Below are positions 40,280 to 49,633 of a stretch of DNA of 64,000 nucleotides, one piece after another (the stretch's first letter is position 1; each line of letters opens with the position of its first letter). The position numbers and the translations under genes are program-made. The stretch covers positions 131 through 64,130 of the forward strand of contig CAVFEQ010000004.1 of assembly GCA_963621535.1 (NCBI GenBank), read 5' to 3'. Under the pieces are notes generated by a model, which saw only the letters and a list, made by a program, of their open reading frames with translations, was not told where the DNA came from and did no database searches. This stretch comes from Paludibacteraceae bacterium (GTDB lineage Bacteria; Bacillota_I; Bacilli_A; RFN20; CAG-826).

Positions 40280-40337
40280 AATCGTCCTTCTTTCGGCTGT
40301 GGATTATAGCACGATGAATTCGCTCCCCTGTTAGAAT

Positions 40338-42074
40338 ATGGGCATGCTTACCCTAGAAGGAAAAAAGATTGATCGCCTCTGCCCTAGAGGTGAATACCCT
40401 CGGCCGCAGATGGAACGAGAATCTTATTTCTGCTTGAACGGGGAATGGGAATTCGCCCTTGATAAAAAACGCGAAACGCCTGAAATCTACACGGATAAAA
40501 TCTTGGTTCCATTCGCCATTGAGACCCCTCTCTCTGGGATTGAAAAAATACCGGAAAAGGATGATTTTCTACATTATCGGAAGCGTTTTGCTCTTCCTGA
40601 TGAATTCCTGGGAAAACGCATTTTGCTTCATTTTGAGGCCGTTGACCAAGTCGCCGAGGTCTTCCTGAATGGAAAGTTTTTAGGAAAACACGAAGGGGGC
40701 TATTTGCCGTTTGAGTTCGAAGTGGACTCGGTGCAGAAAGAGAATGAACTGCTGGTTTGTGTGCAAGATGACATCGCTTCCCCTATTTACCCAAAAGGGA
40801 AACAATCTTTGTCTTCTCGGGGTATTTGGTATACCTCCACTTCTGGCATATGGGGCAGTGTCTGGCTTGAAGCAATCCCAAAAGAGGCGATACGTGCATT
40901 GAAAATAGAGCCTGATTTTGACGCTAAAAGCGTTAAAATTAATGCTAGGGTTGCCGGGGAGATTCATTCTTCTTCCATCAAGGTATCTTTTCAAGGGGCG
41001 ATTGTTTTCGAAGGGAAACTCGACCAGAACGGGTCAGCTGTTGTTGACTGTTCTTTTTTCTTCCACCCTTGGTCGCCTGAGGAGCCGAACTTATACGATT
41101 TGGAAATCGTTGCCAACGAAGACAAGGTCCGCTCCTATTTCGGGCTGCGCAAATTTGGTAAGACGATTTTGGAAGGGAAAAAAGTTTTTGCCTTAAATAA
41201 CAGGCCCTATCTGATGAAAGGGGTTCTCGATCAAGGCTATTTCCCTGACGGCGGCCTTACCGCGCCTAGCGACAAGGCGATGGTGAACGATATCGAACTG
41301 ATGAAGTCCATGGGCTTCAACATGCTTCGCAAGCACATCAAAATCGAGCCGGCTCGCTGGTATTATCATTGCGATAAATTGGGTATGCTCGTGGTTCAGG
41401 ATTTCGTGAATAACGGCGGGCCTTATAAGCCTATTTTGATTGCTCTTGCTCCTTTTCTCCCGTTTCATTTCAAGGATGACGGGCCAAAGGATTACGCGCG
41501 ATTCGGGCAAAAAGACAGCAATTCAAGAAACTTTTTTGAATCTCAGATGCCAGGGATCACCACACTTCTGTTTAACGCGGTTTCCCTATGCACTTATGTT
41601 CTATTTAACGAAGGCTGGGGGCAATTTGATTCCGCACGTTTGAGCGAAAAACTTCGCGCTTTGGACTCTAGCCGCCTTATTGACTCCGACTGTGGCTGGT
41701 ACGATCAGGGCGTAGGCGATTATAGCGGGAACCATATTTATTTCAGGCCAATTCGGCTGAAGCACGATGGCGAGCGCCTTTTATCTTTATCTGAATTCGG
41801 GGGATATTCATGGAGAGTCCCAGGACATTGCTTTTCCTTGAAAGAATTCGGTTACAAATCATTTAAATCCAAAGAAAAATTGGAGCGTGGTTTGAAGAAA
41901 CTCTTCCTGAACGAACTTAAAAAGACCGTAAAAGAGGAAAAGGTATCCTCTTATGTATTCACGCAGCTTAGCGATGTGGAACAAGAGACGAATGGCCTTT
42001 TCAGCTATGATCGCGAAGTAGTAAAAGTTGATGTTGATCTGATGCGCGAATTGAATGATGAAGTGAGTTGGTAA
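40338..42074 (+). CDS. glycoside hydrolase family 2-like protein
   Basis: An N-terminal sugar-binding-type domain (ILLHFEAVDQVAEVFLNGKFLGKHEGGYLPFEF) is followed by a TIM-barrel part with NMLRKHIK and LFNEGWGQ (acid/base NE). Confidence 0.72.
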   Translation: MGMLTLEGKKIDRLCPRGEYPRPQMERESYFCLNGEWEFALDKKRETPEIYTDKILVPFAIETPLSGIEKIPEKDDFLHYRKRFALPDEFLGKRILLHFEAVDQVAEVFLNGKFLGKHEGGYLPFEFEVDSVQKENELLVCVQDDIASPIYPKGKQSLSSRGIWYTSTSGIWGSVWLEAIPKEAIRALKIEPDFDAKSVKINARVAGEIHSSSIKVSFQGAIVFEGKLDQNGSAVVDCSFFFHPWSPEEPNLYDLEIVANEDKVRSYFGLRKFGKTILEGKKVFALNNRPYLMKGVLDQGYFPDGGLTAPSDKAMVNDIELMKSMGFNMLRKHIKIEPARWYYHCDKLGMLVVQDFVNNGGPYKPILIALAPFLPFHFKDDGPKDYARFGQKDSNSRNFFESQMPGITTLLFNAVSLCTYVLFNEGWGQFDSARLSEKLRALDSSRLIDSDCGWYDQGVGDYSGNHIYFRPIRLKHDGERLLSLSEFGGYSWRVPGHCFSLKEFGYKSFKSKEKLERGLKKLFLNELKKTVKEEKVSSYVFTQLSDVEQETNGLFSYDREVVKVDVDLMRELNDEVSW

Positions 42075-42075
42075 G

Positions 42076-42861
42076 ATGAAGTACGAAGCGGCTTTTTTTG
42101 ATGTCGATTGGACTTTGTTCGATCACGCCTCTGGAAGGTTTATCCCCTCTGGACTAGAAGCAATCAAGCGTTTAGAGAAGCAAGGGACGAAAGTCTTTAT
42201 CTGCTCTGCGCGCAACTACGAAAGCATCCGTTCTTTCGGCTTGTACGATTTAGGGATTCGTTGGAGCGGCTACGTGAGTCACGCCGGCGGTGTTGCTAAG
42301 GTAGGAAATCGCTTTGTCCTCAAACAACTTGTAGACCGTAAAATCATTCGAAATCTCTGCAAAACCGTCACCAATTTAGGAAGAAACCTTGAAATTGTCA
42401 CGGTTAAGTCGCGCTTCATGATCCATGAACCGGACGAATACGCGAAGGCTTATTACGAGGTTTTCAAAGACCCGTTCCCAAAAGTCCGCCCCTACCAAAA
42501 CCAAGATTGCGTTGGCGTTCTTTTCTTCGGTCCGGAAGAATACGATTCGCGAATCGAGCAAGAAAATCCCGGGCTTACTTATTTTCGCTTTGCCACCTTC
42601 GGAATGGACATCCAGATTCTCCCCCACATCAAAGGAGAGGGAATCAAAGCGATTTTAGACGCCATCGGAGTCCCCAAAGAGAAAGCGATTGGCTTCGGGG
42701 ATGATATCCAAGACATTTCCATGAGCGAAGCCTGCGGAACATTCGTCTGCATGGGCAATGGCAAGGAAGAAGTGAAAAAACACGCCGATTTCGTAACTAA
42801 ACGCATTGAGGATGATGGCTTGGCATTTGCCTTAGAAAACTTAGGCGCCTTTGAAAATTAA
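42076..42861 (+). CDS. Cof-type HAD-IIB phosphatase
   Basis: Motif I is FFDVDWTLF (DxDxT), and the C-terminal motif is GFGDDIQD. Length is 261 aa. Confidence 0.8.
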   Translation: MKYEAAFFDVDWTLFDHASGRFIPSGLEAIKRLEKQGTKVFICSARNYESIRSFGLYDLGIRWSGYVSHAGGVAKVGNRFVLKQLVDRKIIRNLCKTVTNLGRNLEIVTVKSRFMIHEPDEYAKAYYEVFKDPFPKVRPYQNQDCVGVLFFGPEEYDSRIEQENPGLTYFRFATFGMDIQILPHIKGEGIKAILDAIGVPKEKAIGFGDDIQDISMSEACGTFVCMGNGKEEVKKHADFVTKRIEDDGLAFALENLGAFEN

Positions 42862-42900
42862 ATTGAAACGTTCACCTTTGTGAACCATAATTTCCGGGCT

Positions 42901-43515
42901 ATGGAATGGATTGGAACGGCAATCTTGCTCGGCGTGGCGCTGGCGATGGACTGCCTGGCACTATCGATCACCGATGGATTGGTTTATAAAGGCCTCAAAG
43001 TTTGGCAGGCCATTTTTATTGCTTTTGTCTATGCTGCCTTGCAGGGGCTCTTCCCCCTTGCGGGCTATTTTTTAGGGGCGACCTTCATCGACAAAATAAG
43101 CCCGTGGCATCTTCTTGTGGCGTTTGGCCTTTTGGCGATTATCGGCGGAAAGATGATCTTTGATGGAATCAAAGGCATTGTGAAACCGGAGGAGAAAAAA
43201 GAAGGCAAGTTTTCTATCCCCTCCGTCTTGCTCCAGGGGGTAGCGGACTCCATTGATGCCTTTGCTGTCGGCATCACCTTGACTTCTACGATCAACGCGG
43301 AAAACCCGGCCTCTGTTCCGTTTTCGGTCACGATGTGGGTCATCGGCATCATCGCACTTTGCACTTTCATCATCTCTCTTCTTGGCGTTTTCCTCGGCAA
43401 AGGGATCAATAAGCTATTGCGCGGTCATTATGAGATCGCGAACCTTTTCGGCGGGCTTGTTCTTCTTGGCATCGGCATCAAATCGCTTGTCGAATTTTTC
43501 ATCGAGATTTTCTAG
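42901..43515 (+). CDS. mntP: manganese efflux pump MntP
   Basis: Duplicated motifs LAMDCLALSITDG and ADSIDAFAVGITL and about 6 TM helices are present. The ORF (GTG 42880) was trimmed to ATG 42901 by comparison with the E. coli MntP N-terminus. The start is uncertain. Confidence 0.78.
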   Translation: MEWIGTAILLGVALAMDCLALSITDGLVYKGLKVWQAIFIAFVYAALQGLFPLAGYFLGATFIDKISPWHLLVAFGLLAIIGGKMIFDGIKGIVKPEEKKEGKFSIPSVLLQGVADSIDAFAVGITLTSTINAENPASVPFSVTMWVIGIIALCTFIISLLGVFLGKGINKLLRGHYEIANLFGGLVLLGIGIKSLVEFFIEIF

Positions 43516-43547
43516 GCTCGTGGCAAGGTTTTACCCTAGAGGGTAAA

Positions 43548-44417
43548 ATGCTGCTCATGGGAAAAAAGACAGGGCTGGTTTTGCAAGGCGGAGGCATGCG
43601 CGGGGCATTTACTGCCGGCGTGCTGGATGTTTTCATGGAGCACAAAATTTCATTTTCCTATGTCATCGGCACCTCAGCCGGTGGGCTAAACGGGGTGAAT
43701 TTCATCTCGGGAGACATCGGAAGGGGGAAGTACGTCACCTGCGAAATGATCCATGACAGAAAATTCCTCTCCGTGAAGAACTTGCTTCTTAAAGGCAGCC
43801 TCTTCGATTTCAAATATCTTCTCTTCACTTTGCCGGAAAAGAACATCCTCCCCTTCAATAGCAAAACTTACGAAGAAAGTCCCGTCGATTTTCTCGTTGC
43901 TTGCACAGGGATGGAAGATGGCAAAGCGCACTACTTCAAAAAAGGCGAATGCAAAGACTTTTGGAACGCGATTGCCGCTTCCGCCTCTTTGCCCTTGCTG
44001 GCAAAGCCCGTCAAAGTTGAAGATAAGCTTTATTTAGATGGCGGGCCCACTGCTTCCATTCCCTTCCGCAAGGCTTTGGAAGATGGCTGCGAGAAAGTCG
44101 TCGTCGTGGGCACGCGTGAGCAAAATTACCGCAAAAAGCCCCTAAAAGATTCCTACAAGAGATTGTGCAAAAGGTTTTATCGCTCTTATCCGCGATTCAT
44201 CGAGTCTTATGAACGCTCCGTCGAAGAGTATAACGACGAAGTTATGGAAATGGAAAAACTCCAAAAAGAAGGTAAACTTTTCCTCGTTCAGCCCGAGTTC
44301 CCGGTGAACGTTTCCCAGACGGAAAAAGATGAGAAGGCGCTTCGCGCTCTCTATCAGGAAGGAAGGCGCATCGCCGAAGAGAGTTTGGATGCGATGAGAG
44401 ATTACCTAGAAGACTGA
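43548..44417 (+). CDS. patatin-like phospholipase
   Basis: The oxyanion motif GGGMRG, the nucleophile elbow GTSAGG (GxSxG) and LYLDGG (the catalytic Asp region) are present. RBS GAGGG lies upstream. Confidence 0.82.
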   Translation: MLLMGKKTGLVLQGGGMRGAFTAGVLDVFMEHKISFSYVIGTSAGGLNGVNFISGDIGRGKYVTCEMIHDRKFLSVKNLLLKGSLFDFKYLLFTLPEKNILPFNSKTYEESPVDFLVACTGMEDGKAHYFKKGECKDFWNAIAASASLPLLAKPVKVEDKLYLDGGPTASIPFRKALEDGCEKVVVVGTREQNYRKKPLKDSYKRLCKRFYRSYPRFIESYERSVEEYNDEVMEMEKLQKEGKLFLVQPEFPVNVSQTEKDEKALRALYQEGRRIAEESLDAMRDYLED

Positions 44418-44420
44418 TTT

Positions 44421-45476
44421 ATGAACAAAAACGACAAGAAACAGCATCGGCCAAACAGCAAAGGCGTCCTTAATCCAAATGCGATACGGGACTTCAAAGT
44501 CTACCAAGACACGACTCTTTTGGAATTCCTTTATTTCAAAATGCCGGATACCGCGAAGAAAAACGTTAAAGCCCTACTCTCCCATCATCAGGTCGCCGTA
44601 GGTGGAGTCCCCGTTTCCCAATTCGATTATCCTTTGACGAAAGAGGATGTCGTCACCGTTTCCAAATACCGCATCGCGAGGAAAACGCGCAAGGATCTGC
44701 CGATTCTTTATGAAGATAGCGATATCCTCGCCTTGGATAAGCCCAGCGGTCTTTTGTCCGTGGCTACGGAAAGAGAGAAGGGAAAAACGGCTTATCGCCT
44801 CGTATCGGATTACATTGCCGCCAAAGACAAGAAGGCGAGGATTTATGTCGTCCATCGTCTGGATGAAGACACCTCTGGCGTCCTGATTTTCGCCAAAAGC
44901 CAGGAGGTGAGGGAAGCCTTGCAGCACAACTGGCAGGAAATCGTGAAGAAGCGCGGATATTATGCGATTGTCGAAGGCGAGATGGAAAAGAGCGAGGACA
45001 TGCTTAAAGACTATCTGGAACAGGATAACTTCCAGCTTGTTCGCGTCACTAAGAACAAAAACAAAGGCAAACTCGCCATTACCCATTACAAGGTCATTGA
45101 ATCGAAAGCCCCTTATTCTTTGCTGAATGTGAACATCGATTCCGGGAGAAAGAACCAGATCCGCGTGCAGCTTGGCAATATCGGCCATTATGTCATCGGG
45201 GATGATAAGTATGGCAATCCAACTGATCCTTTAAAGCGCCTTGGTCTCCACGCCTATGAGCTCGCGTTCACGAATCCCTTAAACGGCAAGGAATATGACA
45301 TCAAATCCCCGATGCCCAAGGAATTCAAATCCCTTTTCTTCGTGACCAGAGAGCAACAGAGGGAAATGAAAAACAAGCTCGTTCAGAAGAAAGCCAAGGA
45401 GGTTCGCGATTCGCGCGCGGAAATCAAAATACAAAAAGGGAAGCAAAGAAGAAAAAGCTTCCGGTTTGGGAAATGA
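44421..45476 (+). CDS. RluA-family 23S rRNA pseudouridine synthase (S4 domain, RluD-like) with basic C-terminal tail
   Basis: An S4-like N-terminus, the catalytic motif HRLDEDTSG and SGRKNQIRVQL are present. The last 50 aa or so are K/R-rich. Confidence 0.85.
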   Translation: MNKNDKKQHRPNSKGVLNPNAIRDFKVYQDTTLLEFLYFKMPDTAKKNVKALLSHHQVAVGGVPVSQFDYPLTKEDVVTVSKYRIARKTRKDLPILYEDSDILALDKPSGLLSVATEREKGKTAYRLVSDYIAAKDKKARIYVVHRLDEDTSGVLIFAKSQEVREALQHNWQEIVKKRGYYAIVEGEMEKSEDMLKDYLEQDNFQLVRVTKNKNKGKLAITHYKVIESKAPYSLLNVNIDSGRKNQIRVQLGNIGHYVIGDDKYGNPTDPLKRLGLHAYELAFTNPLNGKEYDIKSPMPKEFKSLFFVTREQQREMKNKLVQKKAKEVRDSRAEIKIQKGKQRRKSFRFGK

Positions 45477-48400
45477 TTATGGCGGAAGAGAAAGGCGTCT
45501 CCTTAAGGGACTATAAGAAAAGCAAACCCTCCTTCAAGGCTTGGCTCAAAAATGTGGCGCCTTTTCTTTTCGATTGGAAAAGCACCTTCTATTTCGGGGT
45601 CTTTTTATTCTTATTAGCCATTGCTTGGTCGGCGAATCTATTGATCGAAAACGCCGGGACGAGCATGCTTGGGTGGGACTATACCTGGCAGTTCGTTTCT
45701 TTCGCCTATGATTTTTACGATCAATGGCACGTGTTCTTCTCAACTGGCCACTTCCCTCTCTATGATTCCACGATTTGGCTTGGCTTAGATAACATCGGTT
45801 CCAATTCGTATTACAGCCTATTCGATCCTTTTGTCTTCCTCGTCGTCTTTTTCCCGCGTTCGTGGGTGCCGTTCCTTTTTTCCTTCGCGACCTTTTTGAA
45901 ATTGATGATTTCGGGACTTTTGATGAGGTGGTATCTTCGCTACCTCGGAATAAGCGAAGCCTCATCGCGCTTAGGTTCCACGGCTTTGGCGTTTTCCGGG
46001 TACATGATGTTCATGGTTGGGTTCCCGACCACGGTCTCTGCCTGCGTCTATATTCCTTTGATTTTGCTTGGTATTGATAAAATCATCCGCGAGAAGAGGC
46101 CATATTGCTTGGTGATCGGGCTGTTTTTGCTTGGCATCACATCGTTTTTCTTCTTGGTCGTTGCCTGCATATGGGGCGTCTGCTACGCGGCCTGGCGTTA
46201 TTTCTGGAGCATCAAATCCCGTAGCGCGAAAGACAATGTGACGGTGATTTTGCTTGGCGTCGCTTCTTTCGGCGTGGGGCTTTTGATGAGCGCGTGGACT
46301 TTGTTGCCCTCTCTTCGTCAAAGCTCGTTGTCCGGGCGTTCCTCTTCCATCGGTTCCGCCTATCTTTCAGCCATCCTCTCATCCCTTAAAAGCCATGACC
46401 TCAAGTCTTTCTTCCAGTTTATCTTTGAACCGGTCGGCGATCATCCCGCGCGCGAGCTGATGGGCCTTGTTTCTTTCTTTTATCCGACTGGCGGCTACCT
46501 TTATTTGCCTTTGATCCACACGGGGTATGACGCTTGGACGGCCTCTATATTTTGCTACACCCCCTTCATTATTTTGTTCTTCACGGGCGTTCTCATCTCC
46601 ATCCGGAAGCAAAAATGGAATCACATCATCGCCATTTTGCTTTGCCTTTACTTGCTTTTCACGAACTTCTCCTATTTCTTCTTTTACGCTTTCTCTGGGA
46701 ATGGGTATGGGCGTTGGTTCATCATGCTGGTGCCTGAGATCATCCTCTATGGCTGCTGGGCCTTTGATGAGGCAAGAAAAGAACCTCGGTGGGTTCGCTT
46801 CGCCGGAAGCGCGCTTTCCTTGTTTGGGACCTTAGCGACTTACCTTTTGATTAAATCCCTCCTATCCAATGCGACTTGGCCTAACCCCAATAGCCTCACC
46901 TACTGGCAGAACCCCAATTCATATACTCCGCCCACGGAAGTGAAAGGGGCCGCCAATGCGGTTTGGTATGTTTATGTCCAATGCGCCTATATTGTGGCGG
47001 AAGGAGTGATCTTCGTAGTCTTCAACGCGAAGAAATGGATGCCCCAGGTGTGGCTTGGCCTGCTTTCGGTGGAAATCATTGTCGCTGGCAACGCGGCTTC
47101 TGCCAATTATTATTCCATATATAAATACCAAACCCGTTATATGGGGGGCACCTCTAATTTCTCGAACGCTTTAAAAGTGGCCGAGGCTATCAAAGCGGAT
47201 GATGCCGCTTTCGGTCGAACCCAGATGGATCAGACCAATGGCAGCGACAGCGAGGCAAAGAGCTTCATCACGGTTCTTGGGCTTAACGGAGCCGCCACCT
47301 TCCACTCTTTGATGAACTTCGATACGGAAGATTTCGCGTTGATGAACAACATGAAAAGCCCCGGCTCGACCCGCACCACGTATAACGAAACGGAAGTCTA
47401 TAACCCAAACTGGTCCGGTTATTACGGGAATAAGCGCTTCGCGACGGATAATGCTTTGGGATATCGCTATTACGCGGTGAAAAACGATTATTCCGCTTGG
47501 GTGGATTTCATGCCCGCCAACGTGCCTTTCGGCTCGGAAGAGATTTACTCCTTGCCCGTAAGTGGGAAAGAAGACAGAGCCCGTTACAAGGTTTACAAAG
47601 TCGGCGATGACTCCACCGCGACTTTAGGACATGCCGTCGATTCCTCGAAGCTTTACCGCCTTGGCAAAAACGAGGAATCGTATTATCTGAATTCTTTTTA
47701 CCGCAATAGCACAGGCAATTCCGGGCTGCGATATCTGATTCGCGCGGAAGAGGCTTATCTTAATGGGGCGATTTTCGAGGATGATGATGTTTTGCCAGAA
47801 GGATTCACCACCATCGATACTCCTTCGGTGTCCACTGATTGGGACATCGAAACCCAATATGGTTTGAAAGCCCTGCGTGTGGGAAGCGGGCTAAAATGCA
47901 ATTTGGTCACCACGAAAGAAGGGGATGGCTTATTCCCCAAAGAGGGCTTGACGGGAAGCGTGAACGACACGGCTTATTTCTTGGATTCCTCAGTCTATTC
48001 TTGGGACAGCGTCAGCTCCTCTACTACGGTTACTCCAGACCGCGGCCACCTGCTTTTTTCCTCCTCTACGAGCGATTATCTTTCTGATGATGAAACTGGT
48101 TGCTATATCGAAATGAAATATTGGGTGGGCACGGATGATCCGCTCCCGCGGGTTTTGGTGTTCGGCGATGTGGAACAAGAGGATGGGACTGTGCTAGAAA
48201 ATCAGCTTTTGACCTTTGAATACAGTTCTTTATACAACGCTAAACAAGCGGGATACCTCTCTTCTCGTTCCTCGACGGTTGGGCTCTATGTCAATGGCCA
48301 CGCCAAATATCTCTGCTTTGTTTGGCCAAGCGGGGATAAAGACGTGAACCCCCATAAAGACAATTTGACCATATACGTGACAGGAAAACAAAAAATCCTG

Positions 48401-48772
48401 CAAAAGCAGGCTGAATTGGCGGAAAACTCGTTGAAAAACGTCAAAAAGGAAAACACGAACGAATACTCTTTCTCGACGGATTATTCCTCGGGGAGAATCG
48501 TTGTGACCCAACTAGGCTATGACAAGGGCTGGAGCTGCCTTGCACAGAAAGAAGACGGGACGGATGTAAACTGCCAAATGTATAAACTCGACGGCGGGCT
48601 CGTGGGTTTCTATGCGCCTGAAGGGAAAGTGACTTATCGCTTGTCTTATAAGACACCTTATCTAAACGAGGGTGTGGCTTTGGCGATGATCGGCTCTTCC
48701 GCCTTCTTCGGCTTTGGCCTTTACTCCTTCCTCAAAAAAGCAAAGAAACAAAACGAAAAAGTCGCTCAGTAG
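45473..48772 (+). CDS. YfhO-family GT-C membrane glycosyltransferase
   Basis: 1099 aa. The N-terminal polytopic region carries GWDYTWQFVSFAYDFYDQW...IWLGLDNIGSNSYYSLFDPF, which matches the YfhO family pattern as I recall it. A large soluble domain of about 500 aa and a final TM helix follow. Confidence 0.72.
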   Translation: MIMAEEKGVSLRDYKKSKPSFKAWLKNVAPFLFDWKSTFYFGVFLFLLAIAWSANLLIENAGTSMLGWDYTWQFVSFAYDFYDQWHVFFSTGHFPLYDSTIWLGLDNIGSNSYYSLFDPFVFLVVFFPRSWVPFLFSFATFLKLMISGLLMRWYLRYLGISEASSRLGSTALAFSGYMMFMVGFPTTVSACVYIPLILLGIDKIIREKRPYCLVIGLFLLGITSFFFLVVACIWGVCYAAWRYFWSIKSRSAKDNVTVILLGVASFGVGLLMSAWTLLPSLRQSSLSGRSSSIGSAYLSAILSSLKSHDLKSFFQFIFEPVGDHPARELMGLVSFFYPTGGYLYLPLIHTGYDAWTASIFCYTPFIILFFTGVLISIRKQKWNHIIAILLCLYLLFTNFSYFFFYAFSGNGYGRWFIMLVPEIILYGCWAFDEARKEPRWVRFAGSALSLFGTLATYLLIKSLLSNATWPNPNSLTYWQNPNSYTPPTEVKGAANAVWYVYVQCAYIVAEGVIFVVFNAKKWMPQVWLGLLSVEIIVAGNAASANYYSIYKYQTRYMGGTSNFSNALKVAEAIKADDAAFGRTQMDQTNGSDSEAKSFITVLGLNGAATFHSLMNFDTEDFALMNNMKSPGSTRTTYNETEVYNPNWSGYYGNKRFATDNALGYRYYAVKNDYSAWVDFMPANVPFGSEEIYSLPVSGKEDRARYKVYKVGDDSTATLGHAVDSSKLYRLGKNEESYYLNSFYRNSTGNSGLRYLIRAEEAYLNGAIFEDDDVLPEGFTTIDTPSVSTDWDIETQYGLKALRVGSGLKCNLVTTKEGDGLFPKEGLTGSVNDTAYFLDSSVYSWDSVSSSTTVTPDRGHLLFSSSTSDYLSDDETGCYIEMKYWVGTDDPLPRVLVFGDVEQEDGTVLENQLLTFEYSSLYNAKQAGYLSSRSSTVGLYVNGHAKYLCFVWPSGDKDVNPHKDNLTIYVTGKQKILQKQAELAENSLKNVKKENTNEYSFSTDYSSGRIVVTQLGYDKGWSCLAQKEDGTDVNCQMYKLDGGLVGFYAPEGKVTYRLSYKTPYLNEGVALAMIGSSAFFGFGLYSFLKKAKKQNEKVAQ

Positions 48773-48775
48773 CCT

Positions 48776-49633
48776 TTATTTGGTGAACCTAAGCGATAAA
48801 TCGTAGACTCTATTCTTTGGCACGGACAATTCATCCACGACTTCTTTAATGGCCTCTTTCGTTCTTTTTCCTGTGTTTATTTTCGCTTGAAGGGCGTCCA
48901 GTATTTCTTGGTCATCGATTGCTTTTGTGCTTGCTTTGCAACCTTCTACGACGATGACCATCTCGCCCCGCAGAGAGGCTTCATCCAAAGAGACAAATTC
49001 GCTTAGGCTTCCGCGAATGATCTCTTCATGCGTCTTGGTGAGTTCCCGCGAGATTGTCGCTTTGCGATCTCCTAGAATTTCATACATCGATGTCAGCGTT
49101 TTTAAAATGCGATGAGGCGATTCGTAAAAGATGATGGTTTCCTTTCGCGAGGCCAAATCCTTGAGTTCTGCGGACTTTTCGCTTTCTTTTGCGGGCAAAA
49201 AACCTTCAAAATAGAAGTGCGAAGTATCTAATCCTGAGATGGATAAGGCGTTGATGGCGGCGCTTGGGCCGCTGATCACGGAAACCTTAATCCCCTCTTC
49301 CAAACAATGGGCGACGAGCTTTTGTCCCGGGTCAGAGACCGTGGGATAGCCGGCGTCGGACATGTAGCAGATTTTCTTTCCTTCTTTCAGTAAGGAGATG
49401 ATCTTTGCTGAGGCCTCGTTCTCGTTGTGCTCATGACAGGAGATGAAGGGCTTGCTGATTTTGAAATGGGCCATGAGCTGACCGGAGTTTCTGGTGTCTT
49501 CTGCGGCGATGAAGTCGCAGCTTGAGAGGACTTCTATTGCCCGCGGAGAGAATTCGCTTAGATTCCCTATTGGTGTGGCAATCAAATAAAGCAAAGGGGA
49601 TGAGCCTTCAAAATTCAGCTCTCTTGGATTCAT
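48776..49633 (-). CDS. rsmI: 16S rRNA (cytidine1402-2'-O)-methyltransferase
   Basis: LYLIATPIGNLSEFSPRAIEVL, AAEDTRNS and the tetrapyrrole-methylase fold pattern are present. Confidence 0.9.
   Translation of the reverse strand: MNPRELNFEGSSPLLYLIATPIGNLSEFSPRAIEVLSSCDFIAAEDTRNSGQLMAHFKISKPFISCHEHNENEASAKIISLLKEGKKICYMSDAGYPTVSDPGQKLVAHCLEEGIKVSVISGPSAAINALSISGLDTSHFYFEGFLPAKESEKSAELKDLASRKETIIFYESPHRILKTLTSMYEILGDRKATISRELTKTHEEIIRGSLSEFVSLDEASLRGEMVIVVEGCKASTKAIDDQEILDALQAKINTGKRTKEAIKEVVDELSVPKNRVYDLSLRFTK

Noticed and set aside
42862-42900. Looked for a yybP-ykoY manganese riboswitch upstream of mntP.
   Set aside because: The spacer is only 39 nt (or 18 nt if the GTG start is used). It holds just a 6-bp hairpin, GTTCAC-CTTTG-GTGAAC, and no riboswitch-sized element.
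43548-44417. The patatin-like phospholipase was considered as a possible defence-system effector (CBASS-like context).
   Set aside because: It stands alone between mntP and an rRNA pseudouridine synthase gene. No cyclase, sensor or other defence-associated neighbour is present.
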